A stretch of DNA of 64,000 nt, from NCBI RefSeq assembly GCF_963921235.1, contig NC_086108.1, positions 16,616,001 through 16,680,000 of the forward strand, read 5' to 3'. Source of the stretch: Mobula hypostoma (lineage: Eukaryota). A program made the position numbers and the translations under genes. How positions within the stretch are numbered: position 1 is the stretch's first letter; each line of letters begins with the position of its first letter. Below, one piece after another: positions 44,905 through 56,807 of this stretch. The notes below the pieces were generated by a model. That model was not told the origin of the DNA and did not search any database. It worked only from the letters and a program-made list of their open reading frames with translations.

Positions 44905-47900
44905 GCGTAAATGAATACATTATAAAAAGCCCCTAAAATTCGCCATGGCTAAGATCTCTGAACCTTGGTTTGCTTGACAGCAGTGCCATCTTTCTTTGAT
45001 TTCAAAGTTCACTACGGACGTTCACCATATCACAGAGAAGCATAACATCATGCTGACTGCCTTTCCCAGTCCTTCATCGGTGCTGTCAATTTGGGCATGG
45101 ACTACACTCAGATGGTGGCAGGCCAGGTTCTGGACCTGAGCGTGTAGATGCTGTGTTCCACAAACACTAGGGTTGAAATTGGTGGATGTTGCTTTCGGTG
45201 ACAGCGGTGTTTCACTATTGGCAGTGATGCGTTTTTGATGCAGTCCACGGGCTTTCTCACCCAGGCCAGAAGGCATTGCAGAAACTGATGTCAAAAAAGT
45301 TTCTATGGCATGGGCTTAAGAAGGACGTCAGGGACTGGGCTAGTGCTTGTTTGGCGTGTCAAGCATGAAGGTCCAAGGCTCCTTTAACTCTTTTTGAGGT
45401 GCCTGATTGGCGTTTCGACCATGTGAATGTGGATTAGCTTGGCCTGTTGCCCCCATCCCGCTGGTTTATTCGCCACCTCAGCATTGTTAATAGGACCACA
45501 TGTTGGCCAAAGGCAGTGCTGCTGTCGTCCATTTCAGCCGCAGAGGTGGCACGAGCGTACGTTGGCTCGTGGATCACTCGGTTTGGCCGCCTGTCAGATA
45601 TTTCTTCAGACCGAAGGATGCAGTTTGCATCCGAGCTTTGGTGTGTGGTTGCCCATGATCTGGGGTCAAACTGCAACGGACCACGGCTATCACCCTCAGG
45701 CCAACGATCTGTGCGAGTTGTTCCACTGTTCAATGAATGCTGCTCTCCGAGTATGCCTCAGTGACGGTTGCTGGGTGGACAGACTGCTGTGGGTCATGTT
45801 GGGCCTGAGGACGGCCCCTGAGGCCTCTTCAGTTCCCTTCTGCAAAGCTTGTTTTTGGGCAACCCCTGCAGATGCTGGAAAAATTTTTCCCAACATCCAC
45901 GGTCTTATTATCCGCTTTGCAGCAGCAGTCAGCATTTATAGGCAGCGCCAAAACTTTCACTCCAGTGCCCATGACGCAGCATGGCCTGCTATGGTCGCAA
46001 CTGTTGCGGGGTCTGTAGGAGGCAAAATATGTGTTTGTGCGTCATGATGGACATTGGGGTCCCCTGCGGCTGCCTTATGATGACCCGTTCCACATGTTGG
46101 AAGCAGGGGATAAGTTTTTTACACTGGACTTTGGAGTATTTCTGTGGATCGTCTCAAGTCTACCCATTTGGACCTGGACTCTCCAGTGGAAGTGGCACAG
46201 CCCCCACAGAGGACCCAGTCTCCCACCTCCAGACCTTCCGACATTGACTGTCTTTCCTCCCCCGTCACCTGCCCCTGAAGGCAGGAGTAGGTTCAGCCTG
46301 ATTGTTTGGCTTTTCTGCTAGGGTGAATTCTGAGGGTGGGAGGTGCGCGTGTGTAGGGACTCCTTAATTTTATTCGGCAGAATTCACCCAGACTATTAAG
46401 GGTTAAGTTGACCATGTATGTTATGTGTTACGTTATACATTGTTACGTTTTGGGGGGGGGGGGGATTTTTGTCGACACTCCTACAACTCTCATAATTTTA
46501 TATACCCTGTATCATGTCACCTCTCAGCCCCCTTTACTCACCTTGGTTATCCAATCTTTCCTGTAACTCAAGCCCTCCAATCCAGGAAACATCTTTGTCA
46601 ATATTTTCTGCAGCTTCCTAATTTATTTGCATCATCTGTGGTGACCAGAACTGTATGTAATATTTCACGTATAGCCTAACCACTGTTTTGTACAACTGTA
46701 ACATGTTATTCTAACTCTTACATTCATTATCTAGGTCAATGAAGGCAAGCATGCCATACACCTTCTTCACCATCCTGTCTACCTGTGTCGACATTTTCAT
46801 GAAACTATATACTTGCGCCCCTGGGCCTCTCTGTTCAGTTAAAAAAAAAACCTCCACGCTATTACCATTCACTGCATATGTCCTGCCTGGTTTAACTTAC
46901 CATAACATATCTTTTCTCAATTGTCCGTGTTAAATTTTATATACCTTTCCTTTACCCACTTTCCCAGATGATCCAGATCTTGCTGTAATCTTAGGCAACC
47001 CTCTTCACTGTCCACTACACCATCAGCTTTGGTGTCATCTGCAAACTTGCTAATCATGCCAGCTACATTCTGATTCAAATCATTAATATATGTTAAACAA
47101 CAGACAACATAGCACCAGTTCTGCAGCACACTACTGATCACAGGCCTCCAGTCTGAGTCCTATGTGTCCTAACCTTTTGGACCAACCTACCATATAGGAC
47201 CTTATCAAAAGCCTTGATAAAGTACATGCAGCCAATGTTTACCACCCTGCTCTTATCAATCCTTGTGGTCATCTCTTTAAAAAAAACTAAATCAAATTTA
47301 TGAAGCATGATTTCCCATGTACAAAGCCAAGCCATGCTGACTATTGTTAATCAATCTTCACCTATCCAAATGCAAATGAATCCTAACAGTCAGAATCCCT
47401 TCCAATTACTTTCTCACCAATGATGTAAGTCTAACTGATCTGTAGTTCCCTGGTTTATCCCTGCTGCCCTTTAAGCAAACGCACTAAATTAGCCAATGTC
47501 CAATATTCAGGTACTTTATCTGCAATTAACAATTTCTGCAGGGTCCTAGTAATCTGCTCCTTTGCTTCCCATAATATCCAAGGATAGACCTGGTCAGGCT
47601 CTAGGATGTATCTACTATTTTGTGTTTCAGAACCTTTAACATCTCTTTCTTTATAATGTTGATGTACATATCTATATCTGAATATTACCATTCTCTTCCC
47701 TGAATTCACTAGCTTCCATGTTCTTCTCCAATTTCAAGTATACATTTCAGACGTTGCCTATTTTCCAATGGCTTCTCATCTTAGATCCCACGTTGATCCT
47801 TAAGAGAACCTATACTCTCTTAAGCAAACTTTTTAATGTACAATGTACCTCTGGAATCATTAAGGGTTCTCAGTTATTTTATATGATAGAGATATCACAT

Positions 47901-48708
47901 ATTCCCTTTTTGCTCTCCTAATTCTCCTCTTAAGTGTGCTCCTATATCCCTTATATCTTTTCAGTATCCCTCATCACCAAGGTTCCCTAATCCTGCCAAC
48001 CTTGCTCTTCGCTCTGACAGGAAAGTTCTGACCCCAATTTCTTCTTACATCATTCTTAAAAGCCTCCCATTTGCTAATATGCCATTTACCTGCAAACAAC
48101 TTCTCTAAATTCACTTCAGAGTATTCTAATACGAAGTCACTGAAATAAGCTTCCCTCAATTTAGAACTTTCACTTAAGGATCGATTCTTTTTCATTAACT
48201 ATTTTGAAACTTACTGAATTAAGGCTTTTACAGCTCCCTCCCTATTGTGCCCCTGTCTATTGGACTTAATTGCTTTAACGTCCATATTTGCTTCATCTTT
48301 CTCATTTGATTTGCTACTACTTTGGGTCACCCTGCCAGACTAGTTTGAGCATTAATCAAATCGGGAACTTGCCAACAAAGAACACAATTCTGCTTTTCAT
48401 GTGTGCACGGCCATCCAGTTAGACTGCAACTGAGCAGTAGCTCAATTACATTATTTTTTGGCATTGCTGACAAAGCCATTATTTGTTCTCTTTCTCAAGG
48501 TGGTGTGGCAAGCCCCTTCTTAAACCACTGCAATCCTCTAGTGAGGGCACTCTTTTAGTGATAATGGACAAAGTTGTGACAATGAGAGGAAACTTGTCAC
48601 AGGTGGTGTTTTACACACATGCTGCCTGAGTCCTTCTTAGGCTTTAAACTGCAGACAATATGAACCAGAAACAGAAACCCACTGTGGCTACTGTGTATAC
48701 TAAATTAC

Positions 48709-48874
48709 CTGTAGATCTGATAAGGGCTTCATCTGTGCTCCAGTTCAGTTCAAAGCTATAAAAGCAGATCATGTACTCCAGATCCATCAGGATTGTTGCC
48801 AGGCTGTTCAACTGGTCAGCCAGCCAGAAATCTGCAAACTCTACTTTGTGGAATGGTGCTGTGAAGACTCTGAA
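48709..48874 (-). CDS. XPR1: XPR1 internal coding exon (probably exon 10), 166 nt, phase 0-1
   Basis: Reverse complement translates [55 protein letters not shown](G). Polypyrimidine acceptor tctctttttttctgtttcccccacag, donor gtaatt. The final G joins GT of the next exon to give an in-frame GGT. Confidence 0.97.
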
Positions 48875-49172
48875 CTGTGGGGGAAACAGAAAAAAAGAGA
48901 CTCATCAGGAAATAAGTTTAAAGCTAAAGCCTTTCACCTGTACCCACCACCCACTGCAGTCTATCCCCAACCTCTGGCACTCTGACCTCCATCATATTAA
49001 ATAATAATCGTTATCTGCAGCAAAAAACAAGCAATTAAGTAGAGAAGACTGATAGATTAAGCATAAAGAGGCCGACGTCTTCCTCTAAAATTAAGAAAAT
49101 CACTTTCTGACAATATCTAGACAATAAGAGATCATTTGTGCACCCAGGATTCACTCAAGCATTTTCAAAAAA

Positions 49173-50442
49173 ATGCGTGGTAAGTCATGTTTGACCAATC
49201 TGTTGGAGTTTTTCGAGGAGGTTACCAGGAAAGTGGATGAAGGGAAGGCAGTGGATATTGTCTACATGGACTTCAGTAAGGCCTTTGACAAGGTCCCGCA
49301 TTGGAGGTTAGTTAGGAAAATTCAGTCGCTAGGTATACATGGAGAGGTGGTAAATTGGATTAGACATTGGCTCGATGGAAGAAGCCAGAGAGTGGTGGTA
49401 GAAAATTGCTTCTCTGAGTGGATGCCTGTGACTAGTGGTGTGCCACAGGGATCCATTGTTATTTGTCATCTATATCAATGATCTGGATGATGATGTGGCA
49501 AATTGGATCAGCAAGTTTGCTGATGATACAAAGATTGGAGGTGTACTAGACAGTGAGGAAGGTTTTCAGAGCCTGCAGAGGGACTTGGACCATCTGGAAA
49601 AATGGGCTGAAAAATGGCAGATGGAGTTTAATACTAACAAGTGTGAGGTATTGCACGTTGGAAGGACAAACCAACGTAGAACATACAGGGTTAATGGTAA
49701 GGCACTGAGGAGTGCAGTGGAACAGAGGGATCTGGGAATACAGATACAAAATTCCCTAAAAGTGTCGTCACAGGTAGATAGGGTCGTAAAGAGAGCTTTT
49801 GGTACATTGGCCTTTATTAATCAAAGTATTGAGTATAAGAGCTGGAATGTTATGATGAGGTTCTATAAGGCATTTGTGAGGCTGAATCTGGAGTATTGTG
49901 TTCAGTTTTGGTCACCAAATTACAGGAAGGATATAAATAAGGTTGAAAGAGTGCAGAGAAGGTTTACAAGGATGTTGCCGGGACTTGAGAAACTCAGTTA
50001 CAGAGAAAGGTTGAATAGGTTAGGACTTTATTCCCTGGAGCGTAGAAGAATGAGGGGAGATTTGATAGAGGTATATAAAATTATGATGGGTATAGATAGA
50101 GTGAATGCAAGCAGGCTTTTTCCACTGAGGCAAGGGGAGGAAAAAACCAGAGGACATGGGTTAAGGGTGAGGGGGGAAAAGTTTAGAGGGAACATTAGGG
50201 TGGGCTTCTTCACACAGAGAGTGGTGGGAGTATGGAATGAGCTGCCAGACAAGGTGGTAAATGCGGGTTCTTTTTTAACATTTAAGAATAAATTGGACAG
50301 ATACATGGATGGGAGGTGTATGGAGAGATATGGTCCGTGTGCAGGTCAGTGAGACTAGGCAGAAAATGGTTCGGCACAGCCAAGAAGGGCCAAAGGGCCT
50401 GTTTCTGTGCTGTAGTTTCTATGGTATGGTTAGTTTCTATGA
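49173..50442 (+). mobile_element. Young CR1, RT through 3' tail
   Basis: CLTNLLEFFEEVT..YMDFSKAFDKV; 305-aa frame with FADDTK..LEYCVQFW..WNELP; one small frameshifting deletion near 49450. Confidence 0.94.
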
Positions 50443-50517
50443 GTAAATGGCCAATATTTGCTCATTAAATTGTAAAACCTCATCCATAGCCCTAAATAAA
50501 AACAAGTTAACAGCAAG

Positions 50518-50904
50518 CAACACACACAAAATGCTGGTGGAATGCAGCAGGCCAGACAGCATCCATAGGAAGAAGCACCCTTTCGTCACCCTCAACTGTT
50601 TCCTGTGGCAGAGAATTCCACAGATTCACCACTCTCTGAGATCAGGGGGTATGGAGAGAAGGCAGGTACAGGGTTCTGAGTTGGATGATCAGCCATGATC
50701 ATACTGAATGGCGGTGCCGGCTCAAAGGGCCGAATGGCCTACTCCTGCGCCTATTTTCTATGTTTCTATGTTTCCATGTCAGGACTCGGCCTGAAACGTC
50801 GACTGTGCTTCTTCCTATGGATGTTGTCTGGCCTGCTGCGTTCCACCAGCATTTTGCGTGTGTTGCTTGAATTTCCAGCATCTGCCGATTTCCTCGTGTT
50901 TGTG
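50518..50904. mobile_element. Inverted Penelope tail pair with a 14-bp TSD, holding a CR1 insert
   Basis: TSD aagttaacagcaag at 50504-50517 and 50905-50918; CR1 pieces at ~50591-50777. Confidence 0.85.
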
Positions 50905-52015
50905 AAGTTAACAGCAAGATGGTTTTTGATTTAAAAAGTCAGTGAATCATGGGGGTCAATTCACTATTGATGGGATAAAGAATGCACTATTTCTTGAATG
51001 TACATTTCTGGCTATTGCAGTGGTCTGTGTTTCAGCTGAAAAATGAACATCTATTTAAGCAACACACACAAAATGCTGGAGGAACTCAGCAGGTCAGGTA
51101 GCATCTTTGGAAATGAATGAACAGCTGGTGTTTCAGGCCAAGACCCTTCCTATGGACTGGGAAGGAAGGGGGAAGACGTCAGAATAAAAAGATGGGAGGA
51201 GAGGTAGCAAGGAGGTGATAAGTGAAGCCAGGTGGGTGGGAAAGATAAAGGGCTGGAGAAGAAAGAATCTGATAGTAAGGGAGAGTGGAGTGTAACAGAA
51301 AGGGAAGAAGGAGGGGAGGTGATAGGCAAGTGAGGAGAAGGGTAAGAGGCCAGAGCAGGGAATTGAAGAGGTGGGAAGGGGATTGGAAAAAAAACTCAGA
51401 AGGTATTTATTATTTAAGTAATACTATAAATATATTGTTTGATTAAGCAGTCTTGTTCATTTAAATAATTCACTATGGGTTATATCTAAAAACACATAAG
51501 TTGCATACGTCATGACGCTACCACATGATACGTGCATACCTCACTTAAAGTGAACACAAAGATTCGCATTTTTCAACTCTCCTGTTTTAAATTGAATTAG
51601 TTTAATGTTTTGTAGTTACAAAACATAACAGTGGTCTTTGGGGTATCTTAAAACAAACCTGAGACAGCTACCAACCTGTTGAAGCACAATAGGACAGCGG
51701 TCCCCAGGTACCGGGCCGCAAAGCATGTGATACCGGGCCGTGAGGAAACGATATGAGTCAGCTACACCTTTCCTCATTCTTGTTGAACTTGAACATAGGT
51801 TTCATAGGAACGCTCTACCTTAGTGGGGTAGAGCCCAATATATGGGATGTCCTGGCAAATACGGGACAGTTGGCAACCCTATGATCGCATCTTTCAACTC
51901 TCCTGTTTTAAACTGAATTAGTTTAATGTTTTGTAGTTACAGAACAAAACAGTGGTGATGCGGCATCTTTAAAACAAACCTGAGACAGCTACCAACCTGT
52001 TGAAGCACAATAAGA

Positions 52016-52694
52016 CAGCGGTCCCCAACCACCGGGCCGCAAAGCATGTGCTACTGGGCCGTGAGGAAACCATATAAGTCAGCTGCACCTTTCCTCATTC
52101 CCTGTCACGCACTGTTGAACTTGAACATAGGGTGGCCAACTGTCCCGTATATGCCAGGACATCTCGTATATTGGGCTCTATCCCACTAAGGTAGAGCGTT
52201 CCTATGAAACCGTTCGTGCCGAAATCGAGTAAAGCGAAGAAGCAATTACCATTAACTTATATGGGAAACATTTTTGAGCATTCCCAGACCTAAAAAATAA
52301 CCTACCAAATCATACCAAATAACACATAAAACCGAAAATATGATAAATACACAGCAGATATAAAGTAGAAATAATCTATGTACAGTGTAGTCGGGAAGAT
52401 GAAGGCAAAACCGATTTGTGGGGGAGAAAAATCGGCACATACACACACCACACAGGTGCTCGCGCAAGGCTTCATGGTCATGGTAGTCTTTCCTGGGGTA
52501 AAGTGTCCTGGGATTTGACTGCTACTTTTGTCCCTTATTTGGGAGTGAGAAAGTTGGCAACCTTAACTGTAAAAGACATGTTGAGGTGAGTTTAACCCTA
52601 CTTGAACACACCCCCCCCACCCCAGTTGGCCGGTCCGCAAGAATATTGTCAATATTAAACCGGTCCGCGGTGCAAAAAAGGTTGGGGACCGCTG
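52016..52694 (+). mobile_element. hAT MITE, third copy
   Basis: Perfect 15-bp TIRs cagcggtccccaacc/ggttggggaccgctg; TSD caataaga at 52008-52015 and 52695-52702. Confidence 0.94.
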
Positions 52695-53183
52695 CAATAA
52701 GACATTCAATTTAAAAAGAAGCTTAGTGAGGAACAGCCAAGTGGCTCATGTATACTGAGCTAATTCAACAGTATTTTGAAACAAATTAAATATCCAATGA
52801 CAAAACGAGTATCAATTTTGCTGAGTGAATTGGGTTTAAAAGTATACAGTTTGCTTCGCAGTTTGACTGCTCCAATCAAACCAGCCAAAATGAGCTTTGC
52901 TGATATCATGAAAACAATGCCGGACATTTAAAACCAAAACCATTGTTGATTGCAGAATACTTTAGGTTTCCATAAGCAGAACAAGGGAGGTCCATTGCAG
53001 CGTATGTGGCTGAATTGAAGAGATTATTTGAGCATTGTCAGCTTGGTGCACTGAGAGATTGTGTAGTTTTTGAAATCTTAAAAGAAAGCACTCAAAAATA
53101 GCTCCTAACTGAAGCATAATGCACATTTAAAAGAACAATCGAAATAGCAGTATCAGTGGAAATAGCAGACACAGACACAATTC

Positions 53184-53563
53184 AGGAGAATGAGGGGGGA
53201 TCTCATAGAAACATTACGAATGTTAAAAGGCCTGAACAGATTAGATATGGCAAAGTTATTTCTCATGGTAGCGGATTCTAGGACAAGAGGGCACGACTTC
53301 AGGATTGAAGGACGTCCTTTTAGAACTGAGATGCGGAGAAATTACTTTAGTCAGAGGGTGGTAAATCTGTGAAATTTGTTGCCGTGAGCGGCTGTGGAGG
53401 CCAAGTCATTGGGTGTACTTAAGGCAGAGATAGATAGGTTTTTGATTAGCCAGGGCATCAAAGGGTATGACTGGAAGAATTGGATCAGCCCATGACTGAA
53501 TGGCGGAGCAGACTCGATAGGCCGAATGGCCTACTTCTGCTCCTATATCTTATGGTCTTATGG
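53184..53563 (+). mobile_element. CR1 3' fragment inside the Gypsy gag
   Basis: MRGDLIETLRMLKGLNRLD..TRGHDFRIEGRPFRTEMRRNYFSQRVVNL; tail (tcttatgg)n. Confidence 0.87.
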
Positions 53564-56366
53564 CAGTTGAGTTGCAGTCAGGAATGAAAGTGAACGTGAA
53601 CAAATTGCAAATTCTAAACAAAAACCTGACTGGCCGAACAAATTGTGTTATCGTTGTGGCAGGGGCTCACATATATCAAACTAATGCAGGTTTAAAGACG
53701 AAACCTGTAAAAAAAAATGCAACGAACTAGGCCACATACAAAGTTGGACAATAATAAATGGACTGCGCAGAAAAGAGAAAAGGATAAGAAGTTGCAGTTT
53801 CAAAGAGCCCTAATCTGCACACTATTAATGAAAAATCTGAAAATGAAGAGAGATTCCCTTTTTATTGCTGGTGAGATCACTCTACTACAGAGAGGAGAGA
53901 CTATCTTTTTAATACTGGAGAGATTGCTCTGCTATGGAGAGGGGAGACTGCCTTTTTTTTAATCACTGGTGAGATCACTCTTCTATGGAGAGGGAGAATA
54001 CTGACCAGGTTTTCTGCATTTTGAATGTGGACTTGGGACTATGGATTTTTTTTTTCTGGCTTAGTTTTTTGTATTCTGTGTTTTTCAACTCATCTTTCTC
54101 ATATTTTTGTGTGTGGGGTAGGGGGATCTCTGGAGGGAGGGGTTGATGTGCCTGTTCTGTTTTTGTTTGTTTTATTATGCAGAGAGGAGGAATTTGGAGT
54201 TTGACTGTTTTTTACTTTCTTGGTTTTGTGGCTATCTGGAGAAGAAGAAGAGTTGTATACTTTGATAATAAATGAACCCTTGAGTCACACAGGACGGGTA
54301 ACCTTGAAATTTAGAAAGTGAAAACTAACGATAGACAAGCAATATAGCTTACATCAGAAGAGAATGGGAACTTAATTAATATGAAATTGGACATTGGCTG
54401 TATAAGTCAATCCATAAAAAGATACAGAACTGAAGCCTGTAGATATTCAGCTAAGAACTTACACTGGAGAAAAGATAACTCCTGTGGGAATGACATTTGT
54501 AACAGTGAGATACACAATCAACAAGTCACATTATGCTTGTACGTGGTAAGAACAGGAGGGCCAGCATTATGGGGGTGTGATGGGCTGAGACAACTACAAC
54601 TTGATTAGCGATCCATCCACCATTTGCATGCCACATCCCCTGCAACGCAGTCAACTAAAAGTGAATTAAGGAAGATACTTGTTCAGTTAAATCATTACGT
54701 CAGAACGAGAATGGGATTAGGAATTAAAATGGTAGGCCACTGGGAAATTTTGCTTTCGTTGGATGGAGCAGAGGTGCTCGATAAAGTGGTCCCCCATTTT
54801 ACGACGGGTCTCATGAATGTAGAGGAGGTCGCATCAGGAGCAATAGATAACCTCAGCAGATTTGCAGGTGAAGTGTTGCCTCACCTGGATGGACTGTTTG
54901 GAGTCCTGAATGAAGGTAAGGCAGGAGGTGAATGGGCAAGTGTAGCATAGACCTCCTAGATCTTGTGTGCTAGGAGGGGGATTAGTAGATGAAAGGAAGA
55001 ATGGACAAAGGCATCATGGAGGGAGTGATCCCTGTGGAAAGTAGAGAGTGCAGTTGGGGGTAGGTAAAGATAATGATTGGTGGTAGGATCCCATTGACAG
55101 TGGCAGAAGTTAAGCAGAATGATATCCCTTTTCTTCTATTCCCCAAACTGACCTCCTACCTCTTCTCTTCACCTGCCTATCACCTCCCCCGGTGCCCCTC
55201 CTTCTTCCCTTCCTCCCATGATCCACTCTCTTCTCCTATCAGATTTCTTCAGCCTTTAAACTTCCCCACCTACCTGGTTTCACCAATCACCTTCTAGGTA
55301 GTTCTCCTTCCCCTTCCTTCCCTGTACTGAGCATGGGTCTCCACCTGAAACATTGACTGTTTATTCATTTCCATCCATGCTGCCTGACCTGCTGAGTTCC
55401 TTCAGTATTTTGTGTGTATTGCTCTGGACTTCCAGAATCTACAGAATCTCGTGTTTATCCACTTAAGTAGATCTCATTAACAAAATGTTTCATAATTCTA
55501 AGAACTTAAACCTTCTAACAAAAAGTATGCTGCTTTAAGAAACTGAAATGATGTCATCCACACTTCTTTTACCAGATCTTTCTCCACGGCAGAATCTAGG
55601 TCAAGAGCACTCCAGTAGAACAGATAGATTTACAAACCAACAGAGATATGATTTCTATTAAAATACTAACTAGACTTCAGGACATAGACAGTGAAGTAGA
55701 TAATTTTGAGTTCTATCCTATGTTCTTTCAAATTATTTCCTGCCTGTATGGCATCCCCATGGAATCATGCCTGATATAAAATGTACTGTTAAAAAACTTA
55801 GATTAAATTAGGAATTTCAAGAGATATGGGTCTATGGAGCAGAGCAGTAAAGGATGAGGTAAGAGAGGAGCCACGATCTTAATGAATGGTGGAGCAGGCT
55901 GACTTCTGTTTCTATTACTTCTCAAATATTTAGGAAACCATGTCCTTACAAAGTCTTTGTGCATGTCACTGACTTATTTCTTTTGTCATTATATATTTTG
56001 CATGAGCAAAGTATAGTTCACACAGGATTATCTAGTTTCATAATATCTCTGAAAACAAAATGACATTTCCATTAATACCTGCACTCACTCCCAATACTCC
56101 TGCTTGAATCATTGAGAATTCCCTTTATAATACTGGAAAATACTGTGAGAATCTTTTTCATTCTGAGGTTTCCTACCTGATTTAGTGTTCTGTGAATTTC
56201 TTGACTCTTTACTACTACCAAACTTTTAAAGTGGACATTATAGCATAAAAGTCACAAAATGATGAAACTAGCCTAACTTTGTATATACTATACAAAGCTG
56301 GACAATCATTTCATATTTTACCTATTCAAATTAAAATTTCAATTTTGATTGGAAAAGGGCTTCTTG

Positions 56367-56495
56367 AGTCCTGAAGAAGGATCTCAGCCTGAAATGTTGA
56401 CCGTTTATTCATTTCCATAGATGCTGCCTGTCTACTGAGTTCCTCGAGCAGTCTGTGTGTGTTGCTTTGGATTCCCAGCATCTGCAGAATTTTAA
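56367..56495 (+). mobile_element. Old Penelope-derived hammerhead-plus-tail mini-element
   Basis: agtc-ctgaaga-aggatctcagcct-gaaatgtt-gac followed by the family tail. Confidence 0.75.
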
Positions 56496-56807
56496 TTCTT
56501 TAGATTTATTTGGCTACAGAGCTATCTACATCGTTTAACATTTCACAACAGATGATTAGGTAATTTTACTGAGTGTATTTACCATAAATTCTACCTGAAA
56601 AGAGAGAACTTAGATATGTGCACATCTTATATGACTTGAAATTTTCCATAACAAAGTGCTTCAGAATTGATAAGTATTTTGACAAACAATTAATTTTGAC
56701 AAAGGAAGTTCTTTTCTTCAAATGATGTTAACATCAAGTCAACATGGTAGACTCCCCTTCCCATTCAACATTCACACCATGACTCCCAGGTTGCTCTTAC
56801 ATCATTA

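Larger units (their letters stand above)
38778..46485 (+). mobile_element. Gypsy/Ty3 LTR retrotransposon, complete outline (gag-PR-RT-RH-IN), decayed, with nested insertions
   Basis: LTRs at 38778-38964 and 46352-46485 (tgtaggg...tcctaca); TSD actt/actc; gag KFPEFW..WF; protease FLRDTGAQVSILP; RT SSSPWASP and FSKVDL; RNase H DHK|PL; integrase DIS SDR..FASELW and YHPQAN. Confidence 0.92.
38430..48350 (-). mobile_element. Old CR1, split by the Gypsy insertion (pieces ~38430-38777 and ~46486-48350)
   Basis: YINDLNQNVAGMISKFADDTK; FIKAFDKV. Flanks rejoin as ctatttatg-actc-tcataattt. Confidence 0.8.
25371..48708 (-). other. XPR1: XPR1 intron between the two exons (~23.3 kb, GT-AG)
   Basis: Bounded by the GT donor at 48708-48707 and the AG acceptor at 25372-25371; the exon phases are compatible. 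Confidence 0.92.
51400..54680 (+). mobile_element. Second Gypsy remnant (LTR end, gag with zinc knuckles, protease)
   Basis: LTR end ataaca followed by PBS-like gtggtgatg; YSLLRSLTAP.KPA; LKPKPLLIAEYFRF; CYRCGRGSH; MKLDIG. Confidence 0.8.
51057..55457 (-). mobile_element. Old Penelope-like element split by a Gypsy remnant, with an inverted terminal piece at ~55120-55457
   Basis: Terminal repeat at 51057-51400; GIY-YIG region at ~54700-55000 parallels 41900-42160; plus-strand terminal repeat with a decayed hammerhead at ~55328-55360. Confidence 0.7.

Noticed and set aside
38778..46485. Endogenous retrovirus inside a retrovirus-receptor gene
   Set aside because: Motifs and domain order are Gypsy-like, and there is no env or room for one between integrase and the PPT.
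49435..50352. 305-aa ORF as a functional or domesticated gene
   Set aside because: It is a 5'-truncated young CR1 RT with an upstream frameshift; the open frame is explained by youth.
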